Origin: an uncultured Chloroflexia bacterium
Lineage (GTDB): Bacteria > Chloroflexota > Anaerolineae > B4-G1 > SLSP01
DNA: 64,000 nucleotides
Assembly: GCA_963751345.1 (NCBI GenBank)
Contig: CAVVUS010000018.1
Span: 32,001 to 96,000 of the forward strand
Direction of reading: 5' to 3'
The position numbers were made by a program, and so were the translations under genes. The notes below the pieces were generated by a model that saw only the letters and a program-made list of their open reading frames with translations, made no database searches and was not told the origin of the DNA. Of this stretch, positions 9,453-20,000 are shown in pieces; positions within the stretch are counted from its first letter, which is position 1, and every line of letters begins with the position of its first letter.

Positions 9453-10604
9453 GTGCGGCCGGTGGAGATCTCGATTGCGACGGCTCGTCGACTGGCGCTC
9501 TATTGCCAGGGGCTCAACGGTGCTTCCGAGGGCCCTGCAGATAGAGCCCATATTGCTCAAATCATCGAGCAACTGGGTTATGTGCAGATTGACACGATCC
9601 ACGTCATTCAGCGGGCGCACCATCACGTGCTCTGGAGCCGCTGTCCGGGCTATCATCCACAGATGCTCCACGAGCTTCTGGTCGAGGATCGCAGCGTCTT
9701 CGAGTGGTGGACCCACGCCGCATCTTACATCCCGATGACCGACTTCCGCTTCTACGTGCCTCGGATGCGGGATATGGCGGACTCAGCACGACAGAAGGCG
9801 TGGCACGACGAACACCGTGAGGTTGTGGACCACGTCATCGCGCGCATCCGCGAGGAGGGGGCACTGGGCGCGGCGGACTTCGAGGCGCCGGAGGATTTTC
9901 AGGGCGGCACGTGGTGGAATTGGAAACCGGCAAAGCGGGCGCTGGAGTTCCTCTTCAACGCCGGTGTGGTGACCGTATCCGAACGCCGGAACTTCCAGCG
10001 GCTCTACGATCTCCGGGAGCGAATCATACCTGAGGATGCGCATCTTCCCGAACCGGATCGCGCTGACCGGGATGAGTTCATCATCCGGCGGTCGGTTGGC
10101 AGTTTGGGCGTACTTCCCAGAAGGGAGATCCGTTGGTGGCGGGCGACTCGCCCTAGCGCGGAAGCTCTCGAACGGGAAATTGATGCCGGAAGGATCACGC
10201 TCGTTTCGCTCGAGGGTGATGGGGACGAGCCCTGGTACGCCTGGACGGCGGCACTCGAAGCCATCGACACCGATAGCCGCGAGCCTGTCGCGCTCCACAT
10301 TCTCTCTCCCTTCGACAACCTGATCATCCGACGCCAGTGGATGGAACGACTCTTTGGTTACGACTATCGACTGGAATGCTATGTGCCCAAAGCCAAGCGG
10401 CAATATGGTTACTTCGCGCTGCCGATTCTCTATGGCGATCGATTCATCGGGCGGATGGACACGAAGGCGGACCGCGCCACCCGCACCTTGATCGTGCGCC
10501 AGCTCACGTTCGAGGCTGATTTCGACCCCGACGAGCGCGTCCTGTCGCTTCTGGTGGAGAAGCTGCGGGCTTTTGGCGCGTTCAACGGCTGTGAGTGCCT
10601 TTGA
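9453..10604 (+). CDS. ycaQ: YcaQ/AlkZ-family (HTH_42) crosslink-repair DNA glycosylase; C-terminus may extend to 10684
   Basis: VQIDTI (QxD), FEWWTHAAS, FQRLYDL, LSPFDNL, YRLECYVPKAKRQYGYF. Confidence 0.9.
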   Translation: MRPVEISIATARRLALYCQGLNGASEGPADRAHIAQIIEQLGYVQIDTIHVIQRAHHHVLWSRCPGYHPQMLHELLVEDRSVFEWWTHAASYIPMTDFRFYVPRMRDMADSARQKAWHDEHREVVDHVIARIREEGALGAADFEAPEDFQGGTWWNWKPAKRALEFLFNAGVVTVSERRNFQRLYDLRERIIPEDAHLPEPDRADRDEFIIRRSVGSLGVLPRREIRWWRATRPSAEALEREIDAGRITLVSLEGDGDEPWYAWTAALEAIDTDSREPVALHILSPFDNLIIRRQWMERLFGYDYRLECYVPKAKRQYGYFALPILYGDRFIGRMDTKADRATRTLIVRQLTFEADFDPDERVLSLLVEKLRAFGAFNGCECL

Positions 10605-10731
10605 GCGTCGAACAGGTCACGCCGGAGCGTTTGAAGCGTCCTCTCTCCCTTGCGCTGGCCTCCCCGGAATATGCCGAGAACTGACATCAATCCCCGGTAA
10701 GCTTGGATCGTGTCATATCAAAGGAGGCGAC

Positions 10732-11509
10732 GTGTCATCAGTAGATCGATTCCTTGAGGGACGCGTGGCCCTGGTTACCGGGTCGACGGGTGGGGGCATG
10801 GGGCGGAGCATCGCCCTGACGCTGGCTGCTCACGGCGCCGACATCGTGCTCAACCACGGCACACATCGTTGCGATAGCGAAGCCGACGCTGCGGCAGAGG
10901 CGATTGTCCAGGCGATCTATGCTATGGGAAGTCGTGCGCGCTTCGTCAAGGCTGACACGCGCAAGGCCGGTGAGGTCGAGGAGATGGTCCGCCAGGCGCA
11001 GGAGACCTTTGGGCGTATCGATATCCTCGTCAACAACGCCGGTGGCGCGTGGCTGCCAGGTGATATTACCGATGCCGACCCGGAGGCGTTCCGTGATGTC
11101 ATCGAGGCCGAGGCATTTGGCGCCTTCCTGTGTACCCGCGCATGCCTGCCGCTCATGCGCCAACAAGCCTGGGGCCGGATTGTCAGTCTGGGTGCTTATG
11201 ATGCCGGGATCTGGGCCGATGGCCCGCTCTCCTACGCCATCGGCAAGGGCTCGCGCGCGCTCATGACGCGTCACCTCGCTCTGCAGGAGCGCAAACACAA
11301 CATCACGGTGAACTTGGTCAATCCCGGGCCGGGTCATACCTTCGCCTTTGGGAGCCTGGATGTGCGCCTTGAGCTATGCGCGGCACGAAGCCGCGTGGCA
11401 AGAGCGACAGAAGGCAACGCCGCAGGATATCGCCGATGCCGTGCTCTTCCTCTGCCGCGAGGAGGCACGTTTCATCACCGGAAGCCACCTCGCCTTCTCC
11501 ATCGACTGA
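10732..11509 (+). CDS. SDR family oxidoreductase (frameshift near 11360-11390)
   Basis: TGSTGGGMG, DILVNNAG, YAIGK; C-terminus PQDIADAVLFL..FITG in another frame; SD AAGGAGG. Confidence 0.85.
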
Positions 11510-11638
11510 GGTTGCCCTCCGATCTTTCCCGAAGTTCCGGTTGCGGTTGCGGTATAATGCACCGGATCGAGGAAAGTTAGGCGGAAGGCCGAACGTTTTC
11601 TATGATGATGGCGTGACACCGCAAGGGGCAAACTACCT

Positions 11639-12853
11639 TTGGATGAGGATACGAAGCAACTGATCGAGGCGTCGCTTCTTGACGAGGAGACGCTGGTCAA
11701 GGCGACGTTCAGCGGACGCCGTCGGGGATACGAATTGCCTTGGCGGCGGGTAATCGTCCGTCCGGTGTTGATTCGAGACGACCGCTACCTGCAGATCTCG
11801 TACTTCGATGAGAAGCATGACATTACCAAGAACTACGTCGGACAGGATGCGCGCGACAAGGTGCATGAGTTGCTGGAGTTGCCCTTCAGCCAGATTCACG
11901 TCATGACCACCGAAGGCGAGATCCAGGTGCAGATCTCGCGGAAGGGCGTGGCCCGTGTCTCTCAACACAGGTCCTCGAAGGCCGCACCTGCTCTGGCCCA
12001 CGATCGTGAAAAGGCCTATCTTCTCCCTGGCACCGAGCCGGACGCCTTCCTGCAGGCCAAAGGCATCCAGACACCTGACGGTCGGATCCGGGCCAGCAAG
12101 CAGCGTAAGTTCCGGCAGATCAACGAGTTCCTGCGGCTCATTGCCGAGACCGAAATGTTGGACAAGCTGGTCCCCGCGGACGAGCCCAGACCCATCCGGA
12201 TCGTGGATTGCGGCTGCGGCAGTGCGGACCTGACCTTCGCCACTTACCATTATCTCAGTCACATCTACAACCATCCCGCCAAGGCTGTGGGCATCGACGT
12301 CAAGGCGGATCTGGTGGCCAAGCAGAATGCGATTGCGGCGGACTTGGGTTGGACAGACTTACGTTTCGAGGTCAGTCGCATTATCGACTACCAGCCGGTT
12401 GAAACCCCTGACATCGTCCTTGCTCTTCACGCGTGTGACACGGCGACGGACGAAGCGCTGGCACAGGCCGTGAAATGGGGCGCCAGGATGATCTTCAGCG
12501 CGCCGTGCTGCCACCACAACCTGCAGGCGCAGATGGCGGAGCAGGAGATGCCGCCGGTTTTCCAACCGGTGCTGCGGCACGGCATCCTCAGAGAGCGTGT
12601 GGGCGACGTTCTCACAGACAGCTTTCGCGCCCAGATCCTGCGTATCTTTGGTTACGCGACCGATGTCGTGCAGTTCATCTCCCCTGAGCACACCGCCAAG
12701 AACCTGATGATCCGGGGCATCAAGACGACGACACCCGGCGATCCTCAGATGATCGCGGAATACCGGGCATTGGTGGATTTCTGGCAGGTTCGTCCCTATC
12801 TGGCGCAGCTTCTCGACAAGCAGCTTTCAGTGTTTGCGGATGCTGTCGCCTGA
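11639..12853 (+). CDS. Class I SAM-dependent methyltransferase (Methyltransf_32-like)
   Basis: KFRQINEFL, IVDCGCGSADLTF, ALHACDTATD, PCCHH, EHTAKNLMI. Confidence 0.88.
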   Translation: MDEDTKQLIEASLLDEETLVKATFSGRRRGYELPWRRVIVRPVLIRDDRYLQISYFDEKHDITKNYVGQDARDKVHELLELPFSQIHVMTTEGEIQVQISRKGVARVSQHRSSKAAPALAHDREKAYLLPGTEPDAFLQAKGIQTPDGRIRASKQRKFRQINEFLRLIAETEMLDKLVPADEPRPIRIVDCGCGSADLTFATYHYLSHIYNHPAKAVGIDVKADLVAKQNAIAADLGWTDLRFEVSRIIDYQPVETPDIVLALHACDTATDEALAQAVKWGARMIFSAPCCHHNLQAQMAEQEMPPVFQPVLRHGILRERVGDVLTDSFRAQILRIFGYATDVVQFISPEHTAKNLMIRGIKTTTPGDPQMIAEYRALVDFWQVRPYLAQLLDKQLSVFADAVA

Positions 12854-13688
12854 GTCGACGCGCCTTCGACGGCTGCCGCGGATGGCCCTGGGATGCGGGG
12901 TCGTCGCGCTTCTCCTGGGATTGGGGGCTGTCGACGCGTTCCTCATCGAGCCTCACTGGCTCCAGGTGAACAGGCTGACCCTAGCCTCGGACAAGATCGC
13001 GCAGCCGGTCCGCATCGTAGTGTTGGCGGACGTGCAGACCGATCGCCCCGGCCCCTACGAAGCGCGCGTCTTCGAGACGGCGATGGCGCAATCGCCGGAT
13101 CTGATTCTCTTTGCCGGGGACTACGTACAGCTCGGGCGACGCAGTGGCAGCTATGAGACCGAGATTGAGGCGTTGAACGAGGTGATCCGCGCCGCAGGTC
13201 TCTCCGCGCCGCTGGGTATCTACGCGATCGCCGGGAACGTCGATCGGCCCGACGTATGGGCCCGAGTCTTTGACGGCCTCCCCGTGGTGACGATCGACGA
13301 CACAACCCGGTACGAAGTCGGACCTTTGGTACTGACAGGACTGGGTATGCAGGATTCGTTCCGACAGGATATTGTGGTGGAGCCCGAGGACGGCTTTCAC
13401 ATCGTGTTGGGCCACAGCCCCAACTTCAGCCTTGGCGCCATCGAGGGCGACCTGTTGATCGCGGGACATACGCACGGCGGTCAGGTACAGCTCCCATTGA
13501 TCGGGCCCCTGCTGACACTTTCCGCCGTGCCCCGGAGTTGGGCCTCCGGTGTGACGATGATCGCGCCCGGCAAGACGCTCGTCGTCTCCCGTGGTATCGG
13601 GATGGAGCGGGGTATCGCGCCCCGCATCCGGTTTCTCTGCCGTCCGGAGTTGGTGGTGATCGATCTGGTGCCGGAAAATGAACAATAG
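12834..13688 (+). CDS. Membrane-anchored metallophosphoesterase (YkuE-like)
   Basis: AGDYV, GNVD, GHSP, AGHTHGGQV, SRGIG, RFLCRPE. Confidence 0.85.
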   Translation: MRMLSPESTRLRRLPRMALGCGVVALLLGLGAVDAFLIEPHWLQVNRLTLASDKIAQPVRIVVLADVQTDRPGPYEARVFETAMAQSPDLILFAGDYVQLGRRSGSYETEIEALNEVIRAAGLSAPLGIYAIAGNVDRPDVWARVFDGLPVVTIDDTTRYEVGPLVLTGLGMQDSFRQDIVVEPEDGFHIVLGHSPNFSLGAIEGDLLIAGHTHGGQVQLPLIGPLLTLSAVPRSWASGVTMIAPGKTLVVSRGIGMERGIAPRIRFLCRPELVVIDLVPENEQ

Positions 13689-13835
13689 AGAATGGAGGAA
13701 TGCAGAATGAAGGAATAGGGAATCGGAGAATGGAGCAGATAGCAGCCGCGGCTGGTTAAGTCACTCGTGGCAGACAACGTCGTCATTCTCATTCTTCTTC
13801 TATTCTCATTCTCTATTCTTGATTCTGTATTGCCT
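13689..13835. repeat. Degenerate GAAT-rich tract followed by a complementary ATTC-rich tract
   Basis: GAGAATGGAGGAATGCAGAATGAAGGAATAGGGAAT ... CATTCTCATTCTTCTTCTATTCTCATTCTCTATTCTTGATTCT. Confidence 0.75.
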
Positions 13836-13849
13836 CTTGGAGCTGCACA

Positions 13850-16800
13850 TTGCGTATCACTATTCAGGGCGCCAACGAGCACAACCTGAAGGACGTCGAC
13901 GTCGAGATCGGCGACGGGCTGACGGTCGTCACCGGAGTCTCGGGCTCCGGCAAGACGTCGCTCGTCTTCGATACCCTCTACCACGAGGCACGTCGCCGGT
14001 TCCTGGAGGTCTTCTCGCTGGGCGAACGCCTCTCTCCGGCGGACGTGCGGGTGATCACCGGTCTGGGACCGGCGGTTGCCGTGGGCCAGAACCTCCTGAA
14101 TCGCAACCCAGGGTCCACGTTGGCGACGGCCTCAGGACTACATCCGTTTCTGCGGCTGCTCTACGCTCACTTCGGGGAGCGCGCCTGCGCGCAGTGTGGG
14201 GCACCCATCTCGGTTCATACGAATGATGAGATTATCGAGCGGCTGGCCTTCCTGGCCGAGACGGCGCCGCTCATGGTTATCGCGCCCATCGTGCGCCAGG
14301 CAGTCGGCAGCCATCGAACGTTGCTGGCGCTCCTGATCGAGGCCTTTGGTGCGAGTGCCGTGATCCTCGACGGCGCTGTGGCGACCCAGGCTCAGGTGGC
14401 GGCGCTCGATGCGACACAACTGCACGACATCGACATTGTGGTTGCCGAGCTACCCACCGCGGCGGGGACAGGCGAGATCCGCGATGCCCTGGAGCGCGTC
14501 TGGGCATTCGGGGCCAGCGCCGTAGCGGTGCGCCAGGGAGACCGGGTGACGACTCTATCCCGTGCGCCTGTCTGCTCACAGTGCGGTGCATGGTTCGGCG
14601 ATCTGTCTCCGGTGCGCTTTCACCAGCCCTGTCCTCACTGTGACGGCGCCGGCTGCGACCGCTGCGACCACACCGGCATGCATCCCGAGGCAGCCGCGGT
14701 CCGGTGGCAGGGCCTACGCCTTCCGGATCTGCTGGCTCTTCCGGTGACAGAGGTGCGCGGGCGTTTCGCCGAGGCCGAGCTTCCGTCGACGTCGGAACGC
14801 CTTGAGGCTGAGATCACGCGGCGTCTTGATGCCTTGGAGCGCGTCGGACTCGGCTACATTGCGCTAGATCGTTCTTCGCCCACGCTCTCCCGCGGGGAGT
14901 CTCAGCGGGTGCGGCTGGCTGTTGCGCTGACCAGCCGCCTCGAGGATATCGTCCACGTACTCGATGAGCCGACGATCGGGCAGCATCCTGCCGACGTCGC
15001 GCGGCTTCTACCCGCTTTCCGCGAACTGGGCGGCCCCGTGATCTACGTCGAGCATGATCGCGTCGCGGCGGCGGCGGCCGATCACGCGCTTGATCTGGGT
15101 CCAGGTGCAGGTCGTGCCGGCGGGACAGTCACGTTCGATGGTACGCCCGCCGGGCTCTGGCAGATGGATACGCCCACCGGTCGCTATTTCAGCCTCCGGG
15201 AGCGGGTGATGATTCCCGATCGCCGCCCTGAGCCGGAGGAGTTCCTGACTCTGCGAGGGGCCAACCTGCGCAACCTGCGGAGCATCGATGTCCCTATCCC
15301 TATGGGCCGGTTGACGGTTGTCACGGGCGTCTCGGGCTCGGGCAAGAGCACTTTCGTCGAGGATGTCCTCGCGGCTTCGCTCTCCGGTAGTGCCCCGGTG
15401 GGGTGCATTACCGTTGACGGGCCTCCGCTCAAAGCAGTGATGGTCGATCAGAGCCCGATTGGGCGGAACCCCCGGTCGAACCCGGCGACCTATACCAAGC
15501 TCTCCGACATCGTGCGCGACGGCTTCGCGGCGGCTACGGACCTCTCGCCGTCTCATTTCTCGTTCAATCGCCCCGAGGGTGCGTGCCCGGCCTGCAAGGG
15601 CATCGGCGCCGTCGAGGTCGCGATGCGCTATCTTCCCTCGACGTGGATCCCGTGCGCTGAATGTGAGGGCCACCGGTTCAGTGACGAAGTCCTGGCTGCG
15701 ACGGTCCCCTTCGGGGATGAAGCTCTATCCATCGCTGACTTCTACGAGCTCACCATTGCCGAGGTCGTGCCGCTACTCCGGTCGTCTCCGTATCTCTCCG
15801 AGCAGCAGAAACGGGCCGCCGGGCACATCCTGCACGCGCTTCGCGATATCGGCCTTGGCTATCTGCAACTGGGACAGCCGTCACCAACCCTGTCTGGCGG
15901 CGAAGCTCAGCGCGTCAAGTTGGCAAAGTACCTTGGACGGCCCAGGCTCCGGGGGCAGATGCTCATCCTGGACGAGCCCTCGACCGGCCTGCACCCCAAG
16001 GACATCTCCGGTCTTCTCAAGGTGTTGGATCGCCTGGTGCGGCGTGGTGCCTCGGTTGTGGTGGTCGAGCACAACACCGATATCATCCGTGCAGCTGATT
16101 GGGTCATCGATCTCGGTCCGGGTGCCGGGCCCAGGGGCGGCGACCTCGTCTATGCAGGTCCGCCCGATGGGCTGCTGCGGACAGCCGGCTCGGCCACCGG
16201 CCAGGCGCTGCGCGATGAGGCCCTGGTCACTCCGCGGGGTTCCCCGACCTCGCCCGGCACAGATGCAGTGGAAGAGCAATCTGCCGGTACGGTGGTTGGG
16301 GCCATTCGTATCCGCGGCGCAAAGGCCAACAATCTCAAAGACGTGAGTGTGGACTTCCCCAAGGGGCAGCTCACGGTCGTCACCGGTGTCTCCGGCTCGG
16401 GCAAGTCGAGCCTGGTGGGTGACGTACTCGAGTCCGAGGCGCGGCGTCGTTTCCTGGAGACCCTGTCGATGTACGAGCGCCAGGGCACGCGTGAGGGCCC
16501 AGAGGCCGACGCCGAGGCGATCACGGGCCTGGGTGTAGCCATCACCGTGGGCGGAGGGGGACGGGGACGCTTCGGGCGACGGAACACCGTGGGAACGGCG
16601 ACGGAACTCTCGCATCACCTGGCCATTCTTCTTTCGTGGCTCGGTGAACGTGACTGTCCGAACTGCGGCACCTCACTCCAGCGGATCTCGCCAAGCCGCC
16701 ACGTGGCAGGCCTGCGGCGCGGCGGCACCTGGCAGTGCCCAACGTGCGGGAGTCTCTATCCCATCGCGGCCCCGCGGCACTTCTCCCCGTCCGTCTACGC

Positions 16801-18806
16801 TGCAGCATGCACGACCTGTCACGGGGTGGGCACGCTGCGTGAGCCGAACCCCGACAAGCTGATTGTGCATCCTGAGTTGCCGCTGTGCAGCGGCGCAATG
16901 TACTCCCCGGGGTTTTTCCCCAAAGGCTATCTCTGCAAGCCGATGAATGGCGGATATGAGGTCGTTCAAGCGTTGGCCAAGGTGTTGGGTTTTGATCCTG
17001 CCACCACGCCCTGGAACGAGATGACGCGCGAGGCACAGCACGCGTTCCTCTTCGGTTATCCGGAGCCGCTGGAGGTCATCCACGAGAGCCGTAACGGCAC
17101 CACGAGCGTACATCGCCAACATCATCCTGGTTTCTACGGGTGGATACGTGACTGGGACGTCGGCGGTACCTATACCGATACCAAGGTGTGCCCGGCGTGT
17201 GGGGGCGTGCGGCTGCGCGCCGAATACGCGTCGGTTAGGGTTGCAGGCGAGACCTTCCATACGCTGAGCGAGATGACGTTGTCCAGGTTGGCCGATGTGC
17301 TGGACAAGGTGGAGACATCGTCTGTCACCGAACGTGACGGAACGCAGGTCGCCAGCACCGTCGCTGCCAGTCTCGATGCAGCGCGGAGACGGGTGCACTT
17401 CCTTTGCCAGGTCGGGTTGGGCTACCTTCACCTCAACCGCGACGCAGCGACGCTCTCCGCGGGTGAGGCGCAACGTGTCAAGCTGGCCGGCTTGCTGGGC
17501 AGCGGGCTGACTTCCTTGACAGTCCTCGTTGACGAGCCGACACGGGGTATGCATCCTTCCGAGGTCGAGGCGATGATCGGTGCCCTGATCAGCCTCCGCG
17601 CTGAGGGCAACACGGTGGTCGCGGTTGAACACGATCCGGACGTGATGCGCTCGGCCGATTACCTGGTGGATATGGGCCCTGGCGCAGGCGCGGCGGGAGG
17701 CATGGTGGTGGCAGCGGGCACCTTCGAGGAGGTGGTGCGATCAGAGACTCTCACTGCCCGTTGGCTCAGCGGCGCGCGTAGACTCGATCTGACGCAGCCT
17801 CGGCGCGAACCCAAGCAGTGGATGGTGATTCGAGGGGCCAGGGCGCACAACCTCAGAGGCGAGGATGTGCGTCTGCCGAAGGGTGTCCTCGTGGGGATCT
17901 GCGGGGTCTCCGGGTCCGGCAAGAGCACGCTCTTGATCGACACACTGGGCCGCGCCCTGGCGCCAAAGAAGCAGACGACATCCGTGGCCTATGAGCCCGT
18001 GGATCCAGGCGAGCACGATGCAATCGAGGGCTCCCCCCGGCGTGTCCTCCTGGTGGATCAGGTCAAGGCCGGGGTTACGAGTCCTGCTGACTTCCTGGGA
18101 TTGACAAAGCCCGTTCACGCCATCTACGCTGAAAGTGAGGACGCCCATATCTTGGGGCTGGATGCGAAGGCGTTGGGCCAGCGCTGCTCCGCCTGCGGTG
18201 GGCGCGGGACGGAGACCCTCGACATGGGATTTCTGCCTAACGTGTACGTGACGTGTGAGACTTGCCAGGGGACGGGCTATCGGCCCGAGGCGTGGGACGT
18301 GAGGTTGCACGGCGTGGCGCTGCCCGAGATCTTCGGCAGGACGATCGATGAGGTTGTTGAGTTGCTCCGGGACGATATCGACGCCGGTTCGAGCCTTGCT
18401 CGCAAGCTGGAGGCTGTCCGCGACGTGGGATTGGGATACCTGGTGCTCCGTCAGCCCGGCTATTCGCTCTCCGGAGGTGAGGCACAGCGACTGAAGATCG
18501 CGGATGAGCTCTGCAGGCAGAGTCGTTCTGAGACGCTCTACATTCTTGACGAACCCACGGTGGGCCAGCATCTGGAGGACGTCGCGCGCCTTGGCGGCGT
18601 GCTGCGCCGGCTGGTTGCCGAGGGCAACTCCGTCTTCGTCGTGGAGCATCACACGCATCCTCCTGGCGACGTGCGACTGGCTGGTGGAGCTGGGGCCCGG
18701 CGGTGGTCCCGATGGCGGTCGCGTCATCGCCCAGGGCACCCCTGAGGCCGTAGCGGCGGGTGACACGCCGACGGCGCGATACCTGCGGCGGGTGCTGGAG
18801 CGATGA
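13850..18806 (+). CDS. uvrA: Tandem-duplicated UvrA-like protein with four ABC ATPase modules (frameshift near 18655)
   Basis: Four GVSGSGK[ST] Walker A motifs, four LSxGExQR..DEP motifs, many CxxC Zn fingers; true C-terminus in ORF 18504-18806. Confidence 0.88.
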
Positions 18807-18977
18807 AGCGAGTGAGCGAGAAAGCGAAGGGGCGAATGCAGAATACAGAATGGGAGAATGTAAGCATGCAGAGCGGCCAATTCGAGATCGGACGCGTTTT
18901 CTCGCCTCTTCATCGTCTCGCTCACTCGCCTTTTCGCTTATTCTCCGATTCTTTAATTCTCTGATTCTTAGATTCTG
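18807..18977. repeat. Degenerate GCGA/GAAT tract and complementary TCGC/ATTCT tract
   Basis: GCGAGTGAGCGAGAAAGCGAAGGGGCGAATGCAGAAT ... TCGCTCACTCGCC...GATTCTTTAATTCTCTGATTCTTAGATTCTG. Confidence 0.75.
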
Positions 18978-20000
18978 ATGCTACCTCTCCTTCTTGCCGA
19001 TCGATCGCCTTGCTTGCGCTGGCTGGTGTTGACCGAGCTCCTGGGCAGGGCCGAGGACGACCCGGAGGTCCAGGAGCTTGCGGCGCTACGCGAGCGTGAC
19101 CCGTTGGTGGCACCGCTTCTGGCTGCTCAGGGGGCGGATGGTTCGTGGCGTCGAGGGGACCTGGCGTGGCGGGGCGATGCCCAGCGGATGACCATGCTGG
19201 CCTTGATGCGTCTCGGTTACCTGGGATTTGGCCCCGAGACGCCTACCGTGGCGCGCGGTGCAGCCTATCTCTTCTCGCTCCAGCGAGAGGATGGTGCCTG
19301 GGATCTCCCCCGGAGCCACGAGGGGACGGAGGAGAACGAGGGCTATTCGATGATGCCGCTTCAGACGGCGTTGCCCCTGCGGGCGCTGGCGATGTGTGGC
19401 TACGCCACGGATCCTCGCGCGGAGCGCGCCTACGGGTGGCTGCTTGCCCAGCGGCTGGAGGATGGCGCCTGGCCCACCGGCATCGCCGGGGGCGGCACCC
19501 GCGGCTACGTGGCAGGTTATCGGAGGCTGCCTCACTCGCGGTGGGGCTGTCGTTCCAACACCACGGGTGCGCTGCTGGCTCTGGCTCATCACCCTGAACG
19601 ACGTTCCGGACCAGAAGCGCGACGCGCGTTGGACCTCCTGCTGGGGCGCGAGACGCGGGAAACGGGCACGCTCGGCTTCGAGGTCGCGCGCCTGATTGGC
19701 GCTGAGCCGGCCCGCGGCTTCATTACCTTCTACGGGCGCTTCGACCTTTCCCAGGTCCTGCACCTGTGCCGATGCATCGGCGCTACGCAGGACGACCCGC
19801 GCGTCGCCGGCATTGTCACCTTCGTGCGTGATCTGCAGGGCCCCTACGGCCTGTGGGACGTCACGCCGCCTCAGGCCTCCCGCTGGGTCACCTTCGATCT
19901 GCTGCGCTCGCTCTCGCATCTGGATGCGGAAGGGGACTGGGTCAGCCGCGAGCCCCGCACACCCTTCCAGACCTATCCGAAACGACAGAGGCGGTACTAG
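18978..20000 (+). CDS. Prenyltransferase/squalene-cyclase repeat (QW motif) protein
   Basis: QGADGSW, QREDGAW, QRLEDGAW, QGPYGLW repeats. Confidence 0.75.
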   Translation: MLPLLLADRSPCLRWLVLTELLGRAEDDPEVQELAALRERDPLVAPLLAAQGADGSWRRGDLAWRGDAQRMTMLALMRLGYLGFGPETPTVARGAAYLFSLQREDGAWDLPRSHEGTEENEGYSMMPLQTALPLRALAMCGYATDPRAERAYGWLLAQRLEDGAWPTGIAGGGTRGYVAGYRRLPHSRWGCRSNTTGALLALAHHPERRSGPEARRALDLLLGRETRETGTLGFEVARLIGAEPARGFITFYGRFDLSQVLHLCRCIGATQDDPRVAGIVTFVRDLQGPYGLWDVTPPQASRWVTFDLLRSLSHLDAEGDWVSREPRTPFQTYPKRQRRY

